From Candidatus Obscuribacterales bacterium (GTDB lineage: Bacteria; Cyanobacteriota; Vampirovibrionia; Obscuribacterales; Obscuribacteraceae), in assembly GCA_965228855.1 (NCBI GenBank), contig CBDDIJ010000002.1, positions 896,001-960,000 on the forward strand: a DNA stretch of 64,000 nt, read 5' to 3'. The translations under genes and the position numbers were made by a program. This document shows, in pieces, positions 11,325-21,714 of the stretch; within the stretch, counting starts at the first letter, position 1; every line of letters starts with the position of its first letter. The notes under the pieces are model-generated. The model saw nothing but the letters and a program-made list of their open reading frames with translations, was not told the DNA's origin and did no database searches.

Positions 11325-11850
11325 GTCTGAGAGGCGTTCCATTACGGAGTCCGAGAGGGGTTCATGATGGAGTCTTTTTCTAAAGCCCCATGACCGCCTA
11401 CACGTTTAACTCCGGGACAGAACTTGATCAGGGAGATTCTCGGCGTTAGCTGAGTTTCTTCCTGGTCACTTTTTCTTGAGCCGGTTAGCGTTCACGACCG
11501 GTTAGCGTTCCGACCGGTTCGAGCTCATTACCGGTTCGAGTTCATGACCGATTTCGTTCATGAACACTTCGAGTTCTGCCATTCGTAACAAAGCCGACGG
11601 ACTATTCACCTCCCGGCATTGAAACCGGTCAAAATTGATGCCGTCAGTGGAATCTACTTTGGCACTTTCCGCACACGGCATGACTGGACACGCAATTCAA
11701 TATCGCCACAGGAATTTTCAATGTCCTCCCAAGCAAACTATCGTTTATAGTGGGTGTGTGCTAAATCACTAAGTCAAATAACGTCGGGGCCGGTCAGGAC
11801 GCTCGGCATTATTTGTTTTAGTTCGCCCTTAGCGATCGTCGGAGTCATAC

Positions 11851-12325
11851 GCTGCAAACAAGATTGCAAGATTTGAGCCAAATGCTGCAAACCAGTTTGC
11901 AGACCCTCGAGTTTTGAGGTAATTGCCGCCGGTAATGAGTCCCAAACAGGTCGCTGCAAACAAGATTGCAAGATTTGAGCCAAATGCTGCAAACCAGTTT
12001 GCAGACCCTTGAGTTTTGAGGTAATTGCCGCCGGTAATGAGTCCCAAACAGGTCGCTGCAAACAAGATTGCAAGATTTGAGCCAAATGCTGCAAACCAGT
12101 TTGCAGACCCTCGAGTTTTGAGGTAATTGCCGCCGGTAATGAGTCCCAAACAGGTCGCTGCAAACAAGATAGCAAGTTTTGAGCCAAATGCTGCAAACCA
12201 GTTTGCAGACCCTTGAGTTTTGAGGTAATTGCCGCCGGTAATGAGTCCCAAACAGGTCGCTGCAAACAAGATTGCAAGTTTTGAGCCAAATGCTGCAAAC
12301 CAATTTGCAAGAGTCGAGTTTTGAG
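11851..12325. repeat. Tandem repeat, 102-bp unit, ~4.6 copies
   Basis: Units start at 11851, 11953, 12055, 12157 and 12259; near-identical, no spacers. Confidence 0.95.
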
Positions 12326-12416
12326 GCGAGCGCCGGTCATTTCGCTACTCGCTCTACGCTTTACGTCTCTGTCTGTGAGACGAGATACTACGTCAGGTAG
12401 CATTCTGCATGCAAAA

Positions 12417-12481
12417 TGGCGGCTGCCCAGGAATCGAACCTGGCCGGGCTATCATCCGGTTCACACCTTGTGACCACAGCC
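12417..12481 (-). ncRNA. Short tRNA-like element (65 nt, CCA end)
   Basis: Minus strand reads GGCTGT...CCAGG-TTCGATT-CCTGG-GCAGCC-G-CCA: canonical T-arm, acceptor-like pairing and two internal hairpins. Confidence 0.55.
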
Positions 12482-12582
12482 ATAATTGAGTTGAATATTC
12501 GGAGAAGTTCCGAACTAACTTTGCACGAGAGCCGCGGCGCTGATGGGTTTCGCGCTAGCGGACTGATAGACCTCGAAAAAAC

Positions 12583-12625
12583 GAGCAGGAGGAAACCGGT
12601 TGTTACGCCGGTTTCCTCCTTGCTC
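12583..12625 (-). terminator. Terminator hairpin after the 12678-13445 gene
   Basis: aggaggaaaccgg / ccggtttcctcct inverted repeat with an A-run on its left (U-run on minus strand). Confidence 0.7.
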
Positions 12626-12677
12626 TTACTGCATTACTTCACGGCCGGCGAAGGTGGTTTCCTTCACCTCACGATTG

Positions 12678-13445
12678 TCAGGCCGCCTCGCGAGCCGCCT
12701 CGAGGGCGTCCCACTGGGCGGCGACCTTCTTCACCTCGCGGCTGCCGATCTGGCGCTTCGCGGCGACGTAGACGCAGCTGCCCCACTCGCGGGAGAGCTC
12801 GTCGCGGGCGCGGTCGAAGCTCCAGGAGAGCCCCTTGCGGAAGACCTTGTCGTAGAGGACGGGGCGGCGCTCGGCGCGACCGAGGGCGACGGCGGCCTCG
12901 TACTCCTCGCGCTTGAACGGCGCGAAGGTGACGAGGTACCAGATGCCCTCGACCTGGACGTAGCGCTGGGTGTCGCTGAGCGGGACCTGGTTGTAGGTCT
13001 TGCGCCAGCCCTTCCAGCGGTAACGCTTGCTGCGCGGCACCTCCATCAGGACGCCGGTCTCCGGGTGGACCCAGAAGTCGCGCCAGAAGAGCTTGTCGCC
13101 CTTGGAGTCGTGCGCGACGCCGTCGATGAGGATGACGTCCTGGTGGATCTTCCAGGGGAGCTGGTCGCGCACGTCCCACTGCGTCTTCACGCGGTTGTCG
13201 TTGACGGCGCAGATCTCGGAGTAGACGTCGTTCCAGAGCTGACCGACGCGGCTGCGGAGCCAGCGGTCGAGCAGACCCCAGCGGTCGTGGCGCTCCTTCA
13301 GGTTCCAGCCCCGGACGCGCGGCGTCATCGGCTCGCGGGTGGCGAGGTCCTCGCTGTCGGCGGTGACGCGCACCTTCTTGATGCGGGCACGCCCGGCACC
13401 GACGAGGGCGGGTTCCTTGATGAGGCAGTGGAAGTCTTCGCGCAT
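12678..13445 (-). CDS. Conserved-looking basic hypothetical protein (VGQLWNDVYSEI, FWVHPETGVL)
   Basis: GGAG SD before MREDF, very high GC3. Confidence 0.75.
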   Translation of the reverse strand: MREDFHCLIKEPALVGAGRARIKKVRVTADSEDLATREPMTPRVRGWNLKERHDRWGLLDRWLRSRVGQLWNDVYSEICAVNDNRVKTQWDVRDQLPWKIHQDVILIDGVAHDSKGDKLFWRDFWVHPETGVLMEVPRSKRYRWKGWRKTYNQVPLSDTQRYVQVEGIWYLVTFAPFKREEYEAAVALGRAERRPVLYDKVFRKGLSWSFDRARDELSREWGSCVYVAAKRQIGSREVKKVAAQWDALEAAREAA

Positions 13446-13638
13446 GCGCTTATTGTCTCCGTGGAAGTATTTCTGGCGAGAACGAACGGTCATGTTGTTA
13501 TCGTTGTTTGCAGTAGCCTCCGGTGGTTGAAGATGCTGATGACCAGCCCGGTCCAGGCGCGACACTCTGGGAGCATTGCACCTGAACCGGACACCGTTGC
13601 GGTTCTACGCGATTGGATTTTCCTCTCGCGTTAAACCG

Positions 13639-14100
13639 TCAGGAGCGCTTGCGGCGCGGCTTGGAGCCGGGCGCGTCGGTGTCGATGACCGGCGCTTTGC
13701 CGCTGAGCAGCCCCTGGATGTCGATGGTGAAGTCGCTGACGCGCTGCTTGCCCTTGATGGTGCCCTTGTTCGGCTTCTTGAGCCGCACGAGGACGACCTT
13801 GTCGGGTTCGGCCGCGAGGACGATCTTCGGTTCCAGCGACGGAGTCGAGGGCAGGTCGAGGTTCACCATTCCGGCGAGCGCCTTGGCGGCGTCGGCGGGG
13901 TCGTTGAACTCCAGCGCGATCAGGTCCATGATCTGGCTGTGGCCGCCGCCTGCGGTGAGCGGTTCGACCGCGTCCACCACCTCGAACTGTTGTTTGTTGA
14001 ACAGATACGTGTGGCCGGTCGCCGGAAACGCCGCGAGCCGATCGAGGCTGCAGCTCGCGAAGCTGTTGTCCGGAAGTCGGAAAAGAACGAGAGTCTTCAT
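13639..14100 (-). CDS. Hypothetical protein
   Basis: AGGAG SD before MKTLVLF, high GC3. Confidence 0.7.
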   Translation of the reverse strand: MKTLVLFRLPDNSFASCSLDRLAAFPATGHTYLFNKQQFEVVDAVEPLTAGGGHSQIMDLIALEFNDPADAAKALAGMVNLDLPSTPSLEPKIVLAAEPDKVVLVRLKKPNKGTIKGKQRVSDFTIDIQGLLSGKAPVIDTDAPGSKPRRKRS

Positions 14101-14520
14101 AGGAGCTCCTTCGGTTTTCTTTGTGTGCATTCACGAACCCGCACGCCTGCTGCCTGCGATCATCCGGGTGGAGAGGCGGACAGTGCACGTTTCCGGCAAT
14201 GGGGCAATCGAAACCCGACGAACATTTGATCGCACGAAGAAAATCCCTCCTCTTTCGCCGCATCTAAACCGTCCACGAGGTGGAAGCAGTTTTGATTGCG
14301 AGAAATAGGCGGAGAAAGAACCTTCGGGGACTCAGTGCTCTTAGACGGGAATAGATTTGTGACACCTAACCCTATCGAGACCTGGAGGTGGTAATCAAGT
14401 GTTGTGGGCTGAACCGCTGGAGACTCCCAGGCGCTTTTAACTTAATTCTGGTTGGCGATGCTCCGCGAGCTAGCGTACCTCATATGGTGTTCGGTCTGTT
14501 TCTGTTGGATAATTACGCTT

Positions 14521-15192
14521 ATGTCTAGCGAAAACAGTCATATCGAAAAACCTAGCGATAACGAAGCAGCCGTCGAGAACGCGAATGCCGTCGAGAACGC
14601 GAGCGCCGTCAAGAACGACAACGTCATCGAGAACGTGACCGCCGTTTCCAGGGAGTCAGTCGGCGACGCCGTGGTTGCGAACGAAACGAGTCTGTCAAAT
14701 GTTTCCGCCAGTCGTGCGGCTGGAGCGGGTAGTTTGGTCGGCGAAGGTAAAACCGTGTATCGCATCGATCAGCCGGAAGTACCGATGGATGAAGAGGCGC
14801 TTTTGAAGCTGCTCGACGACAATTCGGCATCGACAGCACCGACCGAAACATACACTCATCCGGTCACCGGGCGAGAAGTGTATGTGCCTAAAAACAGCAA
14901 GGCGCTTGGTCCCAGCGCAATCATGATGACGGCGTCACTCTTGATGTTCGTCGGCGGATCGCTGGCGACATCGCTAATGGTGGCGCGCGCGTTCGATTTC
15001 CACGGGCAGCTACTGCTGATTTTCGTGATCAGTTCGAGCGCTTTCATTCTTAGTCTGGCGGGTGGATTGCTTGTGAGAACGCTTGGCGACGGCAAAAACT
15101 GGTTCGTCGGAGCTGGTGTCGGCGCATGTTTCGGCGCAATGGGAGCGGTGATTGTTTACCTTCAAACCCAGCACCATCCCTGGTGGCAGTAG
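14521..15192 (+). CDS. Hypothetical membrane protein (acidic low-complexity N-terminus, 3 C-terminal TMs)
   Basis: ORF with three hydrophobic segments, convergent with hisS. Confidence 0.7.
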   Translation: MSSENSHIEKPSDNEAAVENANAVENASAVKNDNVIENVTAVSRESVGDAVVANETSLSNVSASRAAGAGSLVGEGKTVYRIDQPEVPMDEEALLKLLDDNSASTAPTETYTHPVTGREVYVPKNSKALGPSAIMMTASLLMFVGGSLATSLMVARAFDFHGQLLLIFVISSSAFILSLAGGLLVRTLGDGKNWFVGAGVGACFGAMGAVIVYLQTQHHPWWQ

Positions 15193-15196
15193 TCGT

Positions 15197-16552
15197 TTAA
15201 AGCGTTTTGATTTCGAGGTTGTCCGGGTCGCCTTTGAAAACGACGAAGGATGTGAAACCCTGCTCGCAGAGCTGGTCGATTTGCTTCTTGAGCTCTTTCT
15301 TTTTTGGAACGAGCGAAACGGTAACGCCGTCTTTTCGGAGGCTGTTTTGTCCTTTGAAAACATCCTTGAGTGTGTCTCTGCCTGGATCGTAGATGAATGC
15401 GATCTTTTGCGACGCTGCCGGCGGTTTGAAACCGCGCTCTTGCATGACGCCTATGATGCGTTCGAAACCAATTGAGAAGCCGCATGCAGGCACTTCTCTG
15501 CCGACGAATTTCTCAATCATTTTGTCGTAGCGACCGCCACCTGCGACTGAGTACGGCAAGCCGGGAACGCCGACTTCGAAGATGGGGCCTGTATAGTAGC
15601 CCATTCCGCGAACCAACGTTGGGTCGAATGCAATTGTGAATTTCCCGTCTACGCCCGAATCGATTGCTTCGATAAGTTGTTTGAGTTCTTCAACAGCCTC
15701 ATTTGACGCGAACTTGGGAAGCGTTTCAGTTATGCGGTTGAATTGATTGCTGCCACTGAGGGTGGTGTCGTTGATAAGCGGTTGAATAGGTTTGAACAGT
15801 TCAACAAGCTTGTCGACTGCTGAGGGATCGTGTCCGCCGTTTCGTAGTTCCTGGGCGATTCCGTCGAGACCGATCTTGTCGAGTTTGTCGACTGCGATGA
15901 ATACGCTGTCAAGGCGCGTCGGGTCGAACTGGCAGTGTAGAGCAAGTTCCGAGAGAATTCTTCTGTCGTTGATTCGTATTATGAATTTGTCGAATCCGAG
16001 TTTCGACAGTGCAGACGCCGTTGCCTGGAGCAGATCCAGTTCAGCAAAATTGCTTTTTACGCCGATGATGTCGATGTCGCATTGCGTGAACTGTCGAAAA
16101 CGACCTGCTTGAGGGCTCTCTGCGCGCCAGACTGAACCGACCTGGATAGACTTGAATGGATTCGGAATATTGGCGTTGTTGTTGCCGTAAAACCTTGCGA
16201 GCGGTACGGTCAGGTCAAAACGCAAACCAAGATCGCTTAACGCGTCTTTATCTACGCCACCACTGCTAGTGTCAGTCAGGGCTTTCTCAAGTTTCTCGCC
16301 GCGTTTCAAAATCTCGTAGATCAGCGAGAGGTTTTCGCCGCCCTCGCCGCGTTTTAACAGCTCGATCGATTCGACTGCAGGTGTTTCAATCCGGGTAAAA
16401 CCAAAAGTCTTATAGGTCTCGATAATTACATTTGTCGCCCAGTCCCGCAGTGCAACTTCGTCTGGAAGGAGGTCTCGCATGCCTCGCGGAGGTTGTGAGC
16501 GCATTCGTTCCAGTTTTGCATTGCTCGAATCGCCAGAAGCTGGGTTGGACAT
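15197..16552 (-). CDS. hisS: Histidine--tRNA ligase
   Basis: PRGMRD, LRFDLTVP, GRFRQFTQCDID, LVRGMGYYTG, GGGRYD, GFSIGFER. Confidence 0.97.
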   Translation of the reverse strand: MSNPASGDSSNAKLERMRSQPPRGMRDLLPDEVALRDWATNVIIETYKTFGFTRIETPAVESIELLKRGEGGENLSLIYEILKRGEKLEKALTDTSSGGVDKDALSDLGLRFDLTVPLARFYGNNNANIPNPFKSIQVGSVWRAESPQAGRFRQFTQCDIDIIGVKSNFAELDLLQATASALSKLGFDKFIIRINDRRILSELALHCQFDPTRLDSVFIAVDKLDKIGLDGIAQELRNGGHDPSAVDKLVELFKPIQPLINDTTLSGSNQFNRITETLPKFASNEAVEELKQLIEAIDSGVDGKFTIAFDPTLVRGMGYYTGPIFEVGVPGLPYSVAGGGRYDKMIEKFVGREVPACGFSIGFERIIGVMQERGFKPPAASQKIAFIYDPGRDTLKDVFKGQNSLRKDGVTVSLVPKKKELKKQIDQLCEQGFTSFVVFKGDPDNLEIKTL

Positions 16553-17152
16553 CGTTTGAATTCCTATGAAAACGTGATCGCACGCGGCTTGACGCCTCGT
16601 GACAGGAGGTTCAGTTTACCTGAAATTGAAGGCAAGCGCCATGGAGGTTGCTAGCTCCGCTATCTAATGACAACCTGTGTTTTTACTAATGAAGATCTAT
16701 AACTCAAGAGCTTTTAACGAACGAAATAAGCCAATAGTCAGGTTTTGAACGAAAAATTAGTTAGCTTTAGTACCGCGTACCTCGCTTCGTAACTAATTAC
16801 TGATCCTTGTCGCTCTCGCGCGCTTGCGACTAAACCTATAGGTACCTACATACTTCCTCGCTTCAGATACCTCTGCCAAGCTAAGCAACTTAAACATCGA
16901 TCTTCTTCTTCACTTCGGCGCCGCCGTGTGGTCGAGCAGGTCCTGGTTCAAGTTGTCTGAGACCGTCGCGTTAGCGGCTTGTCTCGGCTTGCTGGTGGCG
17001 GTTTTTGTCCCCGGAAGTTTGAGGGATTCACCCAGTCCGCGCAGTCTTTTCGGGCTGGTTTGTTGTGGTGCTCAGCATCGAAACCGCTGAGTTTGAACAA
17101 CCAGGGCGGTCGTTCAATCGGCTTGCCTATAGAAACACGGAGCCATAAACCA

Positions 17153-17884
17153 ATGGAACTTCTGACCAATCCCTCTCTGTGGGCGGCGCTTGCTATGCTC
17201 ACGGTCATGGAGATTGTTCTCGGAATCGACAACATCATCTTCGTCAGCATCCTTGCCGGCAAGCTTCCCGCGAGCCAGCAGGCCAGCGCCCGACGACTCG
17301 GATTGCTGGGTGCGATGTTGACGCGTATCGGCTTGCTATTCTCGCTCTCGTGGATCATGTCGCTCACAGAGCCGTTCTTCACGGTGCCCGTCTGGGAACA
17401 GCCCGTGTCCGGTCGCGACCTGATTCTCATCTTTGGCGGTCTCTTCCTCATCTACAAGAGCGTCAAAGAGATCCACGAGCGGACCGAGGGGGGCGAGCAT
17501 GAGCCGAAAGCCGGTGGTAAAACCGGTTTCGCTGCGACGATCGTTCAGATCATGATGCTCGACATCGTGTTCTCGCTCGATTCCGTGATTACTGCGGTCG
17601 GCATGGTCAACAACCTGACGGTGATGGTGCTCGCCATCGTCGTGTCGGTCGGCATCATGATGGCTGCAGCTACGCCGGTGAGTAACTTCATCACGAAACA
17701 CCCGAGCATGAAGATGTTGGCGCTGTCCTTCCTTCTGCTCATCGGTGTCGTCCTCGTCGGTGAAGGCATCGGTCAACACATCGCCAAGGGGTACATCTAC
17801 TTCGCGATGGCATTCTCATTCGGCGTCGAGATGCTGAACATCCGTTCGCGCATCAAGGCCGAAAAGCGCTCAGGTCAAGAGTAG
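17153..17884 (+). CDS. TerC family integral membrane protein
   Basis: MEIVLGIDN, GGLFLIYK, DIVFSLDSVITAVG, KGYIYFAMAFS. Confidence 0.92.
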   Translation: MELLTNPSLWAALAMLTVMEIVLGIDNIIFVSILAGKLPASQQASARRLGLLGAMLTRIGLLFSLSWIMSLTEPFFTVPVWEQPVSGRDLILIFGGLFLIYKSVKEIHERTEGGEHEPKAGGKTGFAATIVQIMMLDIVFSLDSVITAVGMVNNLTVMVLAIVVSVGIMMAAATPVSNFITKHPSMKMLALSFLLLIGVVLVGEGIGQHIAKGYIYFAMAFSFGVEMLNIRSRIKAEKRSGQE

Positions 17885-18047
17885 TTCGGTCGTACCGGGC
17901 TAGCTTCCTCAGCGCGTTGTGTGGCGGTCCGGCGCCGGTCGTCTCCGCACGACCGGCGTCCGGTCTCGCTAGCATTGTGACGCCCGTCACCGCTAGTGGT
18001 GGCGCAACGTCGAACACGAACATCGAACTTTGCAAAGGGTTTCAGCA

Positions 18048-18527
18048 ATGGAATACCTCATCGCTCTCGTCTCCGTCGTGCTGCTGACGATCGTCGGCAG
18101 CATGCTGTTGGAAAAACTCCATCCGGCCTGCTCGTCCATGGACTTCGAGTCCAACGATGCCTATTTCAAGTACCTGGAGCGGCGCGACCGCTTCTTCCAG
18201 GAGGAGCACACGGGTCTCGCCGCCATCAACACCGTCATCGCCGTCGGTTTAGCTTCATGGTACGCTGGCACATTCAGCAGCGTCATGATGCCGACCTTCG
18301 CCTTTGCTTTTGCGACATTCGCCTGCTGGAGCCTGCTGCGCTTCAGCTTCCGGCGCCCCGATCAGATGGTGCGCTGGGATGGAGGCGATATGACCAAGCT
18401 CGGCATCTCGGTCGGTGTCGGTATCGCTGCCGGTGTGACTGTTTGCCTGTTGCTGTCCGTCTCGGTCTTCGGGCTCTGGTCCGTGCCGATTTTCGCATTC
18501 GCCTGGCTGCTGCTGTTCCCGTTGTAG
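18048..18527 (+). CDS. Hypothetical membrane protein
   Basis: Several hydrophobic helices, codon bias, position in co-oriented cluster. Confidence 0.65.
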   Translation: MEYLIALVSVVLLTIVGSMLLEKLHPACSSMDFESNDAYFKYLERRDRFFQEEHTGLAAINTVIAVGLASWYAGTFSSVMMPTFAFAFATFACWSLLRFSFRRPDQMVRWDGGDMTKLGISVGVGIAAGVTVCLLLSVSVFGLWSVPIFAFAWLLLFPL

Positions 18528-18596
18528 ACTCACTCTGCGACAATAACAGGGCAGCGCCATCCTCGACGGCTGCCGCCGTCTGAAAGGAGGTTAGCT

Positions 18597-19172
18597 ATGA
18601 AATCCCACATCGTCAACGTGCTTGACCTCGAGCTGTCCTGCTATCCGAACGACGACTTCCCGCTTGGCGAGCGCAAAGAGATCATCGAGTTCGGCCTGAC
18701 CACGGTCGACTTGAAGAAACTCGCGATCGTCCAGTCGCTGAGCTTCCCCATCATCCCGACCATGTCGCGCATCAGCCCCTACTGCACGGAGCTGACCGGC
18801 TGGACGGAGGCGAAGCTTCGCAAACAGGGAACGCCGTTCGCCGAGGCGCTGCGTCGCTTCGAGTCCAAGCACGGCGCGCAGAATCGTCTGCTGGTAACCG
18901 ACTCGAATGACGAGCTCGACACCGTGCGTGCGCAGTGCGCGCTCATGAACCTGCCCTGCCCGTTCGGCGGCGGGTATCTGAATGTGTCGACCGTCCTGTC
19001 TGTTCTCACCGGCGACCTGCGCAATGTCAGTTTGCCCGAGAAGCTCAACCTGTTTGGGTTGGAGTTCGAGGGTGTTCTCCACTCGGGCAAGGACGACTCG
19101 CGCAACATCGCGCGGCTCCTGCTTGCCATCAGGGAGAAAGCCGAATTCAAATTCGTCGCGCCAGGGGCTTGA
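18597..19172 (+). CDS. DEDDh 3'-5' exonuclease (ERI-1/KapD-like)
   Basis: VLDLE, EIIEFG, CTELTG, HSGKDDS; AGGAGG SD. Confidence 0.88.
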   Translation: MKSHIVNVLDLELSCYPNDDFPLGERKEIIEFGLTTVDLKKLAIVQSLSFPIIPTMSRISPYCTELTGWTEAKLRKQGTPFAEALRRFESKHGAQNRLLVTDSNDELDTVRAQCALMNLPCPFGGGYLNVSTVLSVLTGDLRNVSLPEKLNLFGLEFEGVLHSGKDDSRNIARLLLAIREKAEFKFVAPGA

Positions 19173-19230
19173 CCTCTGCGTTTCGCGACGGATGTATACT
19201 TCCAGTTCTTCCTGAAAGGACCCCAGTTCT

Positions 19231-20718
19231 ATGTCGCATGAAACCAACACCCTGACGGAAACCGCTCGCAGTGCCGGAGACGGCAAATGTGTCGAGAAGG
19301 AAACCGTCCTGCTTTTGGTTGGTCGCTGGCATGGTGTGACTCGCGATCAGGAGAGCGCGCTCGAAGCCGCTCTCGCTGGCGCCGGTCCTGGCAAGCTCGT
19401 CTTCGCCATCACTGCCTGCGAACAATCGCGCACCAAGCGCCATCCGCTCACTCTCGCCGAGCGGCGGGAGATCGTCGAAGGGCTGGCCGTCAGGCTCGGT
19501 CGCTCCTACGAAATCCACGGTGTCGCCGACATCGCGGACTCCGAGCTCTGGGTCGAGCACCTCAAGAATGTCGTGAAGGACGAGAGCGATGGCGCCACGG
19601 ATATCGATCCGGCGAGCGCTGTTCTGGTTTCGTCCAACGAGGATGTTCTGAAGCTGTTCGCCAAACATGGCTACAACAGCCTCGTCCCGAGTACCGCCGG
19701 CAAGATTCCGACGGACATTCACAACACGATCCGGACCGGCGGCGACTGGCGAGCAATCGCGAGTGACGCGACGGTTTCGGTCTTCGAGCGCGAGGGACTG
19801 GAGCAGCTCATCAACGAGCTGTTCGAAGACGTGCTGCTCAACGACGACGGCGAGCTGTCGCACGGCCGCGACTTCAAGGTCTACAGCGCCGGCATGGATG
19901 CCAGTCTCAGCGTCAAGATCGAGGATATCTGCCCGCATGTGAAACCGGGCAAGATCGTCGACAAGGGCTGTGGTACGGGCACGCTTCTCGTCCACCTCGG
20001 CAACCTCTTCCCGGAGTCCGAGATCGTCGGCATGGACCTGTCCAGCGAGCTTTTGCGCACGTCGGATGGGCAATACTATGCCAATCAAAACGTCTCGGTC
20101 GTCCGCGGTAATATCATCCATCAGCGCTTCGCGCCTGGTTCCGTGGCGACGATCATTCTCAGCTCGGTGGTGCACGAGATCTACTCGTACACCGGTTACG
20201 ACCGTGAGCAGGTGCGCATCGCGCTCACCAACGCCCGGACGGAGCTCGAGCTGGGTGGTCGTGTGGTCATTCGCGACGGCATCAAGCCCAGCCTGACCGG
20301 CAACGTCTGGATGCGATGCGATGGAGAAACCGAAGAACGCTTCCGCCGCTTCGCTCGCGAGTTCAAGAACAAATCGCCGAAGCCCGGCGTCGAGTTCGTC
20401 GAGCACGAAATCGATGGCGTGAAGTGGTTTTACCTCGACATCCATGGCGCCAATGAGTTCCTCTCCAAGAAAGACTACCTCGCCAACTGGGCGATGGAGG
20501 TCAACGAGGAATTCGGTGTCTGGACGCTCGACGAGTGGAAAGTGGAATTCGCGAAACTCGGCTATCGAGTCCGTGAGTGCCGGAGTTACCTCAATCCGTG
20601 GATCAACGACAACCGCTACTGCAACCACGTGTGGTTGCATGCGGACGATAACGGCAAGCCCGGAGAACAGCTTCCCTACCCGGATACCACGGCGGTCATC
20701 GTCGCGGAGAAGGTGTAG
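19231..20718 (+). CDS. Nucleotidyltransferase-like domain fused to class I SAM methyltransferase
   Basis: N-terminal LVGRWH...HPLTLAERR (NMNAT/cytidylyltransferase-like); C-terminal VDKGCGTG, GMDLS, SSVVHE. Confidence 0.75.
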   Translation: MSHETNTLTETARSAGDGKCVEKETVLLLVGRWHGVTRDQESALEAALAGAGPGKLVFAITACEQSRTKRHPLTLAERREIVEGLAVRLGRSYEIHGVADIADSELWVEHLKNVVKDESDGATDIDPASAVLVSSNEDVLKLFAKHGYNSLVPSTAGKIPTDIHNTIRTGGDWRAIASDATVSVFEREGLEQLINELFEDVLLNDDGELSHGRDFKVYSAGMDASLSVKIEDICPHVKPGKIVDKGCGTGTLLVHLGNLFPESEIVGMDLSSELLRTSDGQYYANQNVSVVRGNIIHQRFAPGSVATIILSSVVHEIYSYTGYDREQVRIALTNARTELELGGRVVIRDGIKPSLTGNVWMRCDGETEERFRRFAREFKNKSPKPGVEFVEHEIDGVKWFYLDIHGANEFLSKKDYLANWAMEVNEEFGVWTLDEWKVEFAKLGYRVRECRSYLNPWINDNRYCNHVWLHADDNGKPGEQLPYPDTTAVIVAEKV

Positions 20719-20837
20719 GCGGCTCCGACCTCTCGGGTGTCATCTTTTAAACCAGGAGCACGCTTCCCTTTGTGGGAGCGTGTTTCAAATGGCGCGCGCA
20801 TGTTCGGCGAGCGCCATTGATTCTCAGGAGAAATTCG

Positions 20838-21338
20838 ATGAACAGGAAACAACGCAGACAGGCAGGTCGCAACGGTGGTATCGTGCCGCCGCATCTGCAG
20901 ACCGCCATTCGTAACGGTGCTACCGCCGGTGGTGCATCCACCGGGAAGGACAACTCGGCGACGAAACCGGATGGTGCGCCGCGCAAATCGCTGACCGTCG
21001 GAATGGGTGGCTTCGATGGGCTCATCCATCAGCTTTCCGGCGTGCCGCTGCTCGTCAATCGCGCGCTGCCGCTCCTCGAGCGCGGCGATGTCGCAAAGGC
21101 GAGTGGTCAGCTCACCGATGCCCTCATCAAGGTCGAACTCGGCAAGGCTGCCATTCTCGGCAACCTGGCTCTCGCCGCGATGAAGGCTGGCGACATCGGC
21201 GCCGCTGTCGGCTATGTCGACATCGCGCTCGAGTCGCTCAACGAACTCGGTCTCGAGGAAACCGAGATCTACAAGATGCTCGCGCTCGTGCATGCCAATC
21301 TGCCAGGCGACCTGCCGGCTGATGGCGCCGCTAAGTAG
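20838..21338 (+). CDS. Hypothetical protein (MNRKQRR start, helical C-terminus)
   Basis: AGGAG SD, codon bias. Confidence 0.7.
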   Translation: MNRKQRRQAGRNGGIVPPHLQTAIRNGATAGGASTGKDNSATKPDGAPRKSLTVGMGGFDGLIHQLSGVPLLVNRALPLLERGDVAKASGQLTDALIKVELGKAAILGNLALAAMKAGDIGAAVGYVDIALESLNELGLEETEIYKMLALVHANLPGDLPADGAAK

Positions 21339-21374
21339 CCGCGGTTTAGCGCAGGCTACGCGTCAATCTGTCTG

Positions 21375-21446
21375 AATGTTCAAGCCGTCCGGGTGTGTGG
21401 TGAACTGCCCATCATGGGCATTCCACTACCCGGACGGTTTGACATT
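21375..21446 (+). terminator. Long hairpin, terminator or structured 3' UTR
   Basis: aatgttcaagccgtccgggt / acccggacggtttgacatt outer stem, tgcccat / atgggca inner stem, T-rich tail. Confidence 0.65.
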
Positions 21447-21714
21447 TCGTCATTTCGGTTTTGTGTTTTTTAGAATGCTGCAATTATAATGAATAGTAGG
21501 TGGCGGGCGTGTGGCTTACGTGACGGGGCGGCGCATGCAGGGGGATCGTGACGGTAGGCACGCACTGGCGCGCGACTCACCGGTGCCGTTTGAGTAGTTT
21601 TCGTTGCGAGCGAGCTTCGCCAGGGCGGGTGTCGCTCCTTTTCCCGTTAGGTAGTGCAAATTACCAATGGGCATGTTTTTTTGTCGATTATTCCTTGCAG
21701 AACTATAGGTTTTT

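Noticed and set aside
11590..11753. Additional copy of the dispersed element after ftsH
   Set aside because: Only partial matches (ccgtca, tatagtgg) with off-pattern spacing
11774..12403. 34-aa repeat protein on the minus strand
   Set aside because: All three minus frames are open because of the 102-bp repeat; no recognisable domain or clear SD, so not called as CDS
12417..12481. Canonical tRNA-Ile(GAT), tRNA-Sec or tmRNA
   Set aside because: Too short, lacks a normal D-arm and 5-bp/7-nt anticodon arm, and has no tmRNA Ala acceptor; kept only as tRNA-like
16900..17150. yybP-ykoY manganese riboswitch upstream of TerC
   Set aside because: Expected by context and hairpins are present, but I could not find the conserved core motifs
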